DNA of 62,271 bases, filler included, from Platydemus manokwari (Eukaryota): the NCBI GenBank assembly GCA_037951405.1. It is 5 parts of 5 records of this genome, joined end to end, with 100 filler letters (N's around TTAATTAATTAA, not from the genome) between each part and the next. Parts side by side here need not be neighbours in the genome. Positions count along the whole stretch, not along the records: positions 1 to 13,419 come from JBBMOY011735842.1; positions 13,520 to 23,555 come from JBBMOY011176211.1; positions 23,656 to 35,327 come from JBBMOY010532218.1; 2 more parts are not named here. One strand, given 5' to 3'. This document shows, piece after piece, positions 12,901 to 23,838 of the stretch. The notes beneath the pieces were generated by a model. The model searched no databases. It saw only the letters and a program-made list of their open reading frames with translations, and was not told where the DNA came from. Position numbers and translations under genes: made by a program. Each line of letters begins with the position of its first letter. Position 1 is the stretch's first letter.

Positions 12901-13419
12901 TTGGCTCGTGTTCAACCAGTTTTTAGCTCAGTTTTAGCTCATTTTCAACTATTTTTAGCTCAGTTTTAGCTCGATTTCTGCTAATTTTTGCACAGTTTTA
13001 GATCGCTTTTAACTAGTTTTTGCTCAGTTTTAGCTCGCTTACAGTTTCAGTTCAGTTTTAGCTCGTTTTCAACTAGTTTTGGCTCAGTTTTAACTTGTTT
13101 TCTACGAGTTTTATCTCAGTTTTTTTTTTTCATTTTCAACTAGTTTCAATTCAGTTTTAACTTGTTGTCAACTAGTTTTAGCTCAGGTTTAGCACTTTTT
13201 AAAAATAGTTTTATCTCCGATTTAGCTCGTTTTTAACTAGTTTTAGCTCAGTTTTAGCTCGATTTCAACTAGTTTTAGCTCAGTTTTAGCTCGATTTCAA
13301 CTAGTTTTAGCTCAATTTTAGCTCATTTTTAACTAGTTTTACCTCAGTTTTAACTTGTTTTCTACGAGTTTTATCTCAGATTTTGCTCATTTTCAACTAG
13401 TTTCAATTCAGTTTTATCT

Positions 13420-13519
13420 NNNNNNNNNNNNNNNNNNNNNNNNNNNNNNNNNNNNNNNNNNNNTTAATTAATTAANNNNNNNNNNNNNNNNNNNNNNNNN
13501 NNNNNNNNNNNNNNNNNNN
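13420..13519. other. Artificial contig linker (44N-TTAATTAATTAA-44N)
   Basis: Exactly 100 bp, with a core giving stops in all six frames; identical at four places. Confidence 0.97.
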
Positions 13520-15073
13520 ATAAAGTAAAATTAGACAAAACCACTTGCGAACAATTGAAATCGTTTGTTACGAAAACAGATAAACGTTTGGATAGTTGTG
13601 AATTTGATTCAACTAATCTACTTCAGTTTCAACATGAAGAATTTGTGGATGCTTTTTCGAATGTAATATATATTATTTTTTTTACTATTTTACTGTATCT
13701 TAGGATTTGGTTTCACAAACTCTGTTTTCCGAACAATTTTCTCCGATCTCGATTCCTACGCAGCAATCTCAAAATGATGTTTATTCGGTTTCCAATTTAC
13801 TTTCTCCGTTTCTCTCCATGTCGTTGCCTAATTTGTCTTTGTCATCTCATCCGAATTTGTTTTCTTTTAAAATTTCAGGTTTATTATTTTTTTTATTGCT
13901 TTTTTCTATTTATTTTTAGATTTTGGTGATAATGCTCACAGTGTTTCTGCTCGAAATGGTAAATAATTTATAATATTTTGATATAATTATGTTTTCAGCA
14001 TATACTATTGAAAATTCATCATTTCCTCAACCATCGGGCTTTGAATTTGTTTCCCGTCTTCGAACATCTAAAAAGCACTTCTCTTGTGGATCTGAAATGT
14101 CCCTCAATTTTTCACATTTACCCGAATCTAGACTTTCAACGCAAAGTGTTTCTAGAACTCTTTTACCTTTCCATTATGATTCAGTTTACTTGTCGGATGA
14201 TCATCACGCTAATTATTCCTTATCCACTCAACGATTTTCTAGCTGGATGAATCTCTTTGAAATGGAATTAAAATATTTGGAAGGTCAAACTGATGCACTG
14301 ATTTCAACTCATTCATTAAATGAATCATACGATGTATCCCTTGGACAGTTTTCTTCAGATATTGACTCTCTCAATGATGTTATATCTTCAGTTAAAGCTC
14401 GCTTACAGAATTTTGAAAATTATTGCAAAAGTTTTGTTTCCAAAAATCGTTCATCTACATATCAAGCCTACTTAAATTCCAGAAATATTTCAATGCCGAA
14501 TAATATGTCTTCGTATTTGGATTCCCTAGGCGATTATATTCATAGAAAAGATGAGAATATCTTAAAAATTTCTTCTTCAACGAGGAATGACACGCGAAAT
14601 TTCTTCAACATCCAAAATAGAAATTTATTGGAAATAAAAAATCGTCTCTCAAGGTTTTTTTTTTATTTCAGTACTATTAATTTTACTTCTTTTCAGTTAC
14701 GTTAATAGAAATACTTCAATGTCCAATGCAAAACACCATTTTAGAGTCTCAACAAAGGTAATTATTGTTATAAAGTTATTCATTATAAATTTTTAATAAA
14801 CATAGACGTCCCAAATATCAGCTTGGCGAAAATACAAAGAGCAGAACTTTATATCAAGTCATTCATCGAGGTAATCTATATTTTGGTCGAGATTTTACTA
14901 AATAATGTTATTTTACCAGATCTTCTTCGTGCATGAAAAAATGTACACCGCTACCCACATCTCAAATCTCAACAAGGAAATCTAATTTTGATTCTCAGAA
15001 ATCTAAACAGTTATTAGAGGATGCGAGGAATATTATTCAGACGTTTAAAGCCAGGATGAATGAAAATAAATAA
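13520..15073 (+). CDS. 3' part of a spliced gene of unknown function (Ser/Asn-rich, probable coiled coil); exons <13520-13662, 13704-13878, 13920-13958, 13999-14653, 14697-14757, 14806-14870, 14920-15073
   Basis: Six GT-AG introns of 41, 41, 40, 43, 48 and 49 bp with consistent phases join ORFs 13555, 13707 and 13989 into one open frame ending ...KARMNENK* (TAA 15071-15073). No family recognised; the 5' end is lost at the linker. Confidence 0.8.
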
Positions 15074-16639
15074 ATATTGAGGTGTGCTTTAATACAATGT
15101 TAAATATTTATGCACAAATAAATTCCTTATTTTTTAATGTTATTTATTATCCAAGTTATTCTGTCAAAATTAAAAGTCAATCGATAACGTCCCCCAGTTT
15201 ATACTTGAAATAAAGCTGAATACTTTGGAACTTGAATTCGGAAACTTGGCTATTTGAGATGCTATCTAGTGTTTCTGGAAGAGTCTTCACTTCTATATAT
15301 ACAGAATCAGGCTCCTTCGAGCAATGGATATAAAATATTAAAACCTCGAAGTTTCATTAAATTTTCGAAGGGCCCCTAATGTATTTTGAAAATATGAGCG
15401 ACATATTATAAGTTACCATACAAACCATTCATAATACGGTTCAATTAGGAAGTTGTATGGTTTGATTGAGAGCTGTTTTGATTGCGATTTTTTCGTAATT
15501 GAAAAAGATTCTTTCGAATTTATAGGTGCATAAGTTTGGTTATGATTTGTAAGAGTTTGGATTTGGAATTTGTTTTTGTACAATTAACGATAAATTTAGA
15601 CACGGCATAAAATGATTTTTAAGTTTAAATTTTGTTAAAAAATTGTAATAATAGTTGATTGGTAAACTTTTTAATAAGTCTTATATTATGGAAATAACTT
15701 TTAAAAGACTTTATATTTAAAGCAGAACTATTTATTTTTAAAAATAACGTTTTATAAATGTATACTTTTTTATAAATACGGTTTTAGAATTTGACAAAAA
15801 TCGTTCGATCCAATTTCATTAAAATTCTTAATCATATTTTAAGATAATGCCATTCGTTAGAATTTTCTCGTAATAAACTATAATGATTAAAGGAATAAAA
15901 ATCATCTTTACTCAGCATCTTTTTTACATGTTATGTGATAATAATTCCTTTGCGCCGTTAATTTAAATAAAAATCAGATATTTTATGATTTGAGATTTTC
16001 GAGATTTTTATAACCGCAATTATTTTTAAATTTTTTAGAAATTTAATAATTACGTTATTTAGATTCTTTTATAAATATCGTCTTGATTAATCAACTTTCA
16101 ATTTTATTTTAGATGATTATTATATGTGAGTCACTTCAAATGGAGTCATCTTGTGATAACATGATTTGTATTGTGAATTTTTATAAATAATAATATTGTT
16201 TTGTATTGTTTTCAATAAAGATAAATTTATTTAAATGATAAAATGATGACATTGATCATAATTTTGCTATTTAATATTTTGCAAGATTTTTCTACTGTAG
16301 CCTTGAAACAAGCAATATATTGTAAAATTACCTGTAAAATTACCAGGCATTCTAATTACAATAGAGTTATTTGAATTTATTTATCTATACGATTTACTAA
16401 CAAATTGAATGTGATGATTATTGATATCGTTATAACTGTAAATCTACTTTATTTTTTTTATAATTTTTTTTATAATTTCCAAAACTTTTATTTCCCATAA
16501 TATGTCTCTAAACACCATTTCCAGCTCCAGACACCTCTGTATTTTTATCTAAATACCAATCTTGGTCAATTGTTTATCTATAGACTTCAAAATATTTTCA
16601 TCTCAGGATTCTAGATATTTGGCATTTTAAATGGTGAGA

Positions 16640-16800
16640 ATTACCTTGCTTCGGTCTTCAATATAAAGCCCTGCTTAATATTTACCGAAAATATAACCTT
16701 CATATTCAATTTCATAACGGATTATATTTACCCATGTTATTGTTTTTGTAATTTGTTTTACTGAGTTTGGTGAAACTATTGTTTCTATTCAGGTCCATCT
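16640..16800 (-). mobile_element. Decayed Ty3/Gypsy pol fragment (RT thumb to RNase H start)
   Basis: Minus-strand PNSVKQITKTITWVNIIRY has the spacing of the Gypsy PxSVKQLRSFLGLVNYYR motif. Downstream, in another frame, KQGFILKTEAR resembles KPFILETDAS. Many stops. Confidence 0.35.
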
Positions 16801-17539
16801 ACACGGATAAGTAAAAAATCATCTTTTATTGAAGAATACGACTTATAAGTAGTTTATATCATTAAAATTATTCAATCTAACTGAAAATTTAATTTAATTT
16901 AACTTCATTGTAAATTCTTTAAATCATATTATCTTTTCTAATTCAAAACAGTGTTTACTCTTAAAAGATTGTTTGGAATATTTATGCTATTAATTATTCT
17001 TTACAAATAACAGCGGTTAAGATAAATAAGTCCAATTGTGTTAAATCTTGAACTGCTGCTTGGTTGCCCAATGGTTTATGCGAGTTTGAGGAGTTTGAGT
17101 GAAAAGTTTTTCGAGAACGAGATCAAAGTATGATATTTATCAGATTATTTTCTTATACTTTTATCTGGAAAACTAATAAAATAATCGAATTACAAGTAAA
17201 TGTTTTCAATCATGTATTTTAAAAATTGTCATTGTTTAGGTAATTTTAATTAATTCATCGAAATTTTGATCAAATAACTTCTTTAGGAAAGTTGTTTTGT
17301 GGCACTTGAAATACAGTTTATTTTGTCCAAAAGTTGAGATCGTACTTTCCTTGCTGCAAGAATTTAGGTTAATGTCGAATGTTTTTTCTAATAATTTGAT
17401 GATCTCAAAATAGAAATAATAAAAAAAATATTATAATTAACAAACTCTAATTCTGAATATAACAAAATTTATTTCAAAAAAGATAAAATCCAGATAATCG
17501 ACAACAAATGAGGTTGAATCATTGTATCGTAGATTGTTG

Positions 17540-17930
17540 TTATTTCTCTTCATCATCGTCTTCTCCCTTTCATCTTCTTGATTTCAGCAATTCAATGCAC
17601 CTCTTACCAGTTGTTGGCCACGCCATGTTCATCATTAGAGGTTTGTTCTTGGCTTCATTTATTTATATGTGTGGTTCTTCCTTTTCTTCACATAACTTAC
17701 CTTTGATGCTTTCGTGTCCATGGTAATTTTTCCATTATTTGCAGCTTGTCTTTTATAATCGTCCTCATGCATGTTGAGAATTCCGTTCACATTTATTTTA
17801 TTAAATGATAACTTGAGTGGGTTAACGTTATTTTGTGGCGTCCATGCTCCAATTATTCTTACATTTCTAGACAATTAACTCTAGGTTGAAAATATTAAAT
17901 TATGAATTATTGATGCTTTTAGTTGCATTT
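17540..17930 (-). pseudogene. Degenerate Hsp70-like substrate-binding-domain fragment
   Basis: LSFNKINVNGILNM...KIT, then frameshifted KGKLCEEKEE..INEAK, is collinear with Hsp70 VTFDIDANGILNV...[25 protein letters not shown]. Stops and frameshifts are present. Confidence 0.4.
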
Positions 17931-18835
17931 ACCGAAAAATTATTTGTGGTATCCTTAAAAAATCAAGTATTTTACAAATCATAATCAATAACCAAAAGCA
18001 AATAGTACAAAAAAAAATATTTCGCCTTTTCAACCAAGAACATTAAACAAGTAAGAATATTTTCTATTTGTTTCTGTCAAAGAGTTTTCGCGTGCTGCCG
18101 TTGGGGTTCCACGTTTTGCGTTTCTCTAACATTAAATATTCTACATAATTTAAAATCTAAACTCTACATCCTATAGTCACAGTATTAACTCCATCAATAA
18201 CTAAATCAATCAACCTCAATAACTCAGTAATTGATTACGGCAATCTCAAGCGATTACAGTTATCATACAGCAATCAACCCCTGAGATCCATTGAAATTTC
18301 ACCTTAATTAGCTCAATAACAGATACATCCAAAATTTAATGCGAATCAATTCTTGAGAATTCAGAATGTATTTCAAAACATCAATCTATAAATCAATAAT
18401 CACAAATAACTTATAAACTGTTTAAAAAAAGAAAGGAAAAAACTAATATTTATTAGATATAAATTTGGTCTTCAGGAGGCAGTAATATGGTTTGTACCGT
18501 TTTATATTCCTGATATAAATCAGCGACAGTAGCGGGCCTTAAGTGCCGGGAGCAACAAGTTATTGAGCTTCCTTATAAGCTTTTTTTGATTTTTCTCTTT
18601 TTCTCTTTTTGTGTGTATTTGAGTAGTGTAGTTTAACTGAATAAAGCATCAATCAATCATTTCCAATGCTAACCAAATGCATTGACTGTTGATAATCTGT
18701 GATATTGCTCTGACTGTATAATTTTTATTTTATCAGTCCAATTTACATCATTTGGATAACATTGTTCATTGAACAGAGGATGGAATGCAGTTCTACTTGT
18801 TAATAATTATCTGAATTATTTAAATTAATGCATTT

Positions 18836-19140
18836 ATTTGCTTTGCCTTTACCAATATTATGTGATATTGCTAGTATTTTCCAGTATTTAATCAAGTATT
18901 CAGATAAAAATAAAATTCAGGAAGGTGAAGCACAAAAACTTACTATTTTCCATTTTCCAGTTCTACTCATGTAACCTGGCACTTCTTAAATTAGAGATCC
19001 TATCTGAATTTATTATTGTGTCCGTCTTAAATACTACAGGACCACCGCTCTCCCACTGGAATATTGTCCACAATGAACATAAGGGCCTCAGTTTCACATA
19101 CCGAATGATTCTCCTTTGGATCGAGGAACCCTTGTGCAAT
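18836..19140 (-). mobile_element. Decayed Ty3/Gypsy RNase H fragment
   Basis: IAQGFLDPKENHSVCETEALMFIV resembles ExNYSxxExEALA. It is followed in order by KTD, SARL and GKAN, matching the TDH...ARL...GKxN order of Gypsy RNase H. Frameshifted. Confidence 0.4.
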
Positions 19141-19194
19141 AATTTTATTTATTCTTAAAAGCATTTATTTTGCCAGTAGAAAACAAGATATTTT

Positions 19195-19252
19195 CGGAGA
19201 TATATACCAAGAGATCGGAGATAAATACCAAGATATCGGAGAGATATGCCAA
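19195..19252. repeat. Short tandem repeat, 21-bp unit x ~2.8
   Basis: CGGAGATATATACCAAGAGAT / CGGAGATAAATACCAAGATAT / CGGAGAGATATGCCAA. Confidence 0.75.
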
Positions 19253-21268
19253 CTTCGAACACCAATAGCGATTACTCAAACATTCTTTATTATACTTTCA
19301 TAACATATACTTTGGGGGGTCGACATTCATAGTGCACGTTAAAATAACCAAAACCCTACAAATCCGTAAAATTTGCAAACCGTTTAAATATGTAATCACA
19401 ATTTTTAACCATTTAAAATTTTAAATCAAACCCATAATCAATATAACATTTAACACTGTTCTTCCACATATGAGGGAAATGTGTGACGCAGAGATATAAT
19501 GATAATTCGAATTTCAATTTCAGTAACAAATATCAGTCATTTGTCATAACCAAATTAATAAATACTTAATATTAATGACTTGAGATGTTTTAAATGATTT
19601 CTGCAATGATCTATTGATAGGATTTGTCAGTGTTTCCTCGATTTTCATCGGAGATTTATATAACATTTTCTATCTAAAATGTAACATGAACTACAAGCTG
19701 TTATTTAGTTTAAATATTTTATCCAAAATATGAATACAAATGGAAACATTATTATATTTGATACAATTGTTGGCAACGGTAATTAAAATAAATAAACGGA
19801 AATAAAATTAAATTATTATATAAAATATTAAAAAATCCCATGTAAATTTGGTTTGAAGAAAAAGAAAAATTTCAGTATACTGGTCAGTTCTTCTTCGTAA
19901 TTGAGGCTCATCTCTATATCTTCATCATTTTTATTAGTAAATAAATATAAAAATCCGATAAATTCAAAACATATCTAAAATCTTTCTAGTGAGCCAAATA
20001 TTTAATAACATTTTGCTGCTGGTGGGTCCCCCATCTGAAATAGGCATCTGGATCATTTCATGAAAATCGTCCCGATAAACCTTCGGATTCCCATCAACAA
20101 AAATTTCAGTCTACCTTTGTTTCTGATTTAGTTAGGGAATTCACTCCAAGGATGTTGTCGGTAAGAATTTTGCATCCCAATCCTTGATTGATATCAAATC
20201 ACATTTTCTCACATCAACAGCTTCGTCCTTACCTCTCTTCTTTTCTTTCACTATGAACTTTCTCATACAAAAATTAGAAATGCGATAATATGGCGAACTT
20301 TAAGCTATTTGAGCAATTAATTTCCTTGGGCTGATGATGTGATCGATTCCAAATAGTGGTCAAATGATCCTTACTTTGACTTTCTCTTTCATTTATATAA
20401 TACTGCATTTAGAAAGCAATCCATCACTGATTTTGGAAAAATAACTTAATTTTGAAGGCGAGAAGCTCCAACGCGCATTGAGACAGCTCTTATATGGTGT
20501 GTGCAACCAGTTAAAATTTTCATCTATGAAATTTAATGAGTGTCAAGGCACACATACTGTATACACATACATTAACTGTTTTGAATACCACTAATGTAAC
20601 CCATTGAAAAGCCAATGAAATTTACTACTTGCCGTACTCAATTTTTCAAAGTTGGTGTTATTGGTATTTGTTTGGTGTATGTATCGGATAGACATTCCAT
20701 CATTTTCAACATCTATGTTTGGAACTTAGTAAATAAATATTTGAAATTTAATATTTTATTACCAGCGTTCACATTACAAGAATATCTATGTTACTAATTC
20801 TTACATTTGTAATTTGTATATTTTTTCGTTTAATGTGTGGAAATAAAGTTGGAAATAGATTTAAAATTTTAAACATCAAGAATTTAATTTTTGTCGCATA
20901 TACGTCTCTTATCCATTAAATTATTTTAAAGGTTTTAAAATATAAGTTTTCATCATTTGCTCTCTTCGAATACTTAAAAAACTCTTGTAGGATAATAGAT
21001 TGGACATTTTCTTCAATTTGTTCAAATTAGATTTTATTGAATGTAAGATGCTTTAAGTGGTAAATGTTTCTATGCTCTTTGGAATTTGGATTTTCCTTAT
21101 GGACGGTTTTCGGAGATCAATTTTGAAACCAAATTAATTCATTTGTATAATGTATAATTTGACAAAATTTTCCAAACTCATTCAGGTGTTTATTTAAATT
21201 TATAACCAAATATTTAAACATATATAACCACGTAACCATATCAATAGAGACAGTCGATTTATACTAAA

Positions 21269-21960
21269 TTATTTACTAACACAAATCGAAAAATTGATGT
21301 TATCATTACATCTCGGTAAGACAGCTATGGGAACGACAGTAGGTCTCCCATGTGCGCACTGAAATGGTAGAGAGCACTTGGTAAGATCAATTATTAAACG
21401 ATGCATTTCTTCTTTTTTTAAAATATCACCGAAACGAATTGCATTGTAACAAGCTTTAGATTTTAAAATCTCAATCATAACATTTTCTTTTTCCTTGTTA
21501 GGATTTTCCAATATTGTTTGAATAATTTCTCTAATTTTCATAACTGGAACAGAAAGGTGATCATTTTTCATTAATAACTGTGGTACTTTAATTACGAATG
21601 AATTTTTTGGCAAAGTACCAACAGGTTGAAGAAAAAAGCCAAATTTGTCTACTATATCATTTATTCCATCAAAATATTTTACGTTATGAATTTTAATTGG
21701 TGATACTAGTTTGAAATGACTGAAACAATTGATCAATTTACATTTTCTTTGCAAATCTTCTAAAAGAATTCTTTCATGAGCTGCATGTTGATCGACCGCA
21801 AATACCAATAGACTTTCATCTAGTTTTGATGATTTAGCAAAAATAAATTTATTACTAACTTGACCAATGATATCTGCTTGATAAAGATCAGATGTAGTTA
21901 AACTGGATGCGTGTTTCGGAAATCGAATCATTAGTGATCGATTAATCAAATATAAAATGT
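21269..21960 (-). CDS. MLH3: MutL homolog 3, C-terminal endonuclease/dimerisation domain (terminal exon; 5' boundary uncertain)
   Basis: GQVSNKFI, DQHAAHERILLE (DQHA-x2-E-x4-E metal motif), KACYNAIRFGD and PFQCAHGRPT. The DQHAAHER and FQCAHGRP forms are MLH3-type rather than PMS2-type (DQHATDEK, WNCPHGRP). Candidate CAG acceptor immediately upstream of 21960. Confidence 0.9.
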
Positions 21961-22388
21961 CTGTTATTTATAATTCTGTTAATTTCAAATTTCCTTTCAG
22001 CGTTCAATTTGATTTGTTGAATAAATAATTATTATGTTTATGCATTATAAGAAATTTTAGATTAGTAAGATGTTGTAAGATATTTTAATTTGTTACTAAC
22101 AAATTTATTTCCCATTTATTTAAGAATTGAGAACGTTTTTTTATACACATAATTTATTATTACCAAAAATCATGTTATCTAAAGTTAAAATTTTCAGTTT
22201 GTCAAATTTAATTTGTAATAGTGCACATAATTTAATTTATTAATAATGCGTCTGGTTTGATTAAAGGGTAGAATAGATCCCGGAAGAGGAGAATAAAATG
22301 TTGTGAAGTCACAAAGTCATTGATAAGTACACAGATGTAATAGCAATAATAGTAGCAATCACGTTAATAATTAGTGTATGACATAATA

Positions 22389-22493
22389 CAGGGGTGGCCA
22401 ACATGTCGACCTTGAAGCCAATTTTAGTCGATTGCGTGAGATGGTTTTCTAATGAAAAGTCGATCTTACGTACACAAAAGTTGGCCACTTCTG
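22389..22493. mobile_element. Non-autonomous hAT-type MITE, 105 bp
   Basis: 14-bp terminal inverted repeats CAGGGGTGGCCAAC / GTTGGCCACTTCTG (12/14 match). Flanking 8-mers ACATAATA and GTATAATG differ only by three transitions (decayed TSD). Internal GTCGA motif occurs three times. Confidence 0.65.
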
Positions 22494-23555
22494 GTATAAT
22501 GCACACCAATAATAAGAATTATCCCAAAGATGGCATCATAAGTGACCACTTTATTAGCTCTATTTTCTGTATGGTCATGTATTAATTACATAATGATGAC
22601 AAAAGAAAAGAAAAATTGCAAATATATACCAAATATGGCAGAATCAACATAAATTAAGAACAGACAAGATAAAATATCTTTCACAGTACACATATTAAGG
22701 GAATTTGACATCAGATGTTAACATTTATGTAAGTGACTGATGATAGAAATAATGTTTGCATATTTACTGTAAATTTAAAATATTCCCTTTCCATTTGTAC
22801 ACATGTGTTATATTAATTTAGTCCATTCCTGGGGTTTATGTGTTTTTTTATTTCTGATTCGTTTTTCACTCAATTATTTTGTGGTTTTTCTTATCCTTTG
22901 GATAGTTTATCATTTGTACCGTTGTAGATGATTAACTGATTATCTTTTACGCCATCATTCGCAATATTAGTTGCTTCTTTAGCGCTAGCCTTACTAGATA
23001 TTTTATTGCTTATTTTATTTTATTCGACTTTATTTATATCGGTAAGATGTTTTATTGCATGTTTGTACATTCTTTCATTTATCTCTAATGCCTGGATTTT
23101 GAACCAAAGTTCTTGTTAATGTATATTAGATTTTCTTAATACCTATGAGTGCAATTTCTTATCTCTATCTAAGGCACGGGTTTCGTAACTTTTTACTTGT
23201 AATTTATGTTTATTCCTACTTTGGTTTTTCTTGATTGGACTTATTTGGCGATATGTCTTTTATTTTTATTTGATATTAAGGAATCATTATTACCTGCTTT
23301 TCAATTATTTTATTTTTATTTTTATATTTTGATCCTAGTAAGCCTTATTTTTGTTTTATTGTTGTGTTGGGGTTCTGGCCCAACTAGTTACTTTAAAAAC
23401 AATTGATTTACATTGAAAAAACGTGTGCATGACAGTATGTATCAAATGTGTATTAATTTTTACTGTATAAATTTTTATTTTTTATCAATGTGTATTTTTA
23501 TGACCCTCGCTTTCTGGAGAAAAGACCTGTTCAAAATATTGATATTTATAATAAT

Positions 23556-23655
23556 NNNNNNNNNNNNNNNNNNNNNNNNNNNNNNNNNNNNNNNNNNNNT
23601 TAATTAATTAANNNNNNNNNNNNNNNNNNNNNNNNNNNNNNNNNNNNNNNNNNNN
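23556..23655. other. Artificial contig linker
   Basis: 44N-TTAATTAATTAA-44N. Confidence 0.97.
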
Positions 23656-23838
23656 TAAACTCATAATAAACTCATTACTGTATATGTATCATCTATATAG
23701 GTTTATAAATTTATTACTATTTTATTAATATTGATTTTTAATGATCAGATTATTACCGTAACGTTAATTATCTGATTATTTGTCATTATTATTAATAATA
23801 AAATATTAAAGTTTATTATAATTATTAATAACAATTAC

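Larger units (their letters stand above)
1..13419. repeat. Satellite DNA array; basic unit ~32 bp (TAGTTTTAGCT-CAGTTTTAGCT-CGTTTTCAAC) made of 10-11 bp subrepeats
   Basis: Continuous degenerate repetition of AGTTTTAGCTC, GTTTTCAACT and GTTTTCAGCT across the whole contig. The + strand is strongly T-rich. Diagnostic variants recur many times (TTCTACGAGTTTTATCTCAG; CCTCAGTATTAGTTCGG). Confidence 0.97.

Noticed and set aside
1-13419. CRISPR-like array or telomeric repeat
   Set aside because: No unique spacers between constant repeats, no cas genes, and a eukaryotic context. TTAGCT only loosely resembles TTAGGG/TTAGGC and there are no G-rich tandem hexamers.
15180-15590. Possible minus-strand spliced frame (...PYYEWF/GPFENLMKLR/EVKTLPETLD...GDVID*)
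   Set aside because: Introns of 46 and 52 bp can be drawn, but the first segment has an upstream stop with no ATG or good acceptor, and I recognise no homology.
19880-20520. Minus-strand coding-like fragments (DWDAKFL, weakly Skp1-like; others integrase-like)
   Set aside because: Short, multiply interrupted, and no ordered set of motifs; cannot be assigned.
22800-23406. Hydrophobic + strand ORF 23206-23406 (and the similar 28347-28649)
   Set aside because: By-products of T-rich sequence whose A-rich opposite strand looks like decayed repeat DNA; no splice or domain support.
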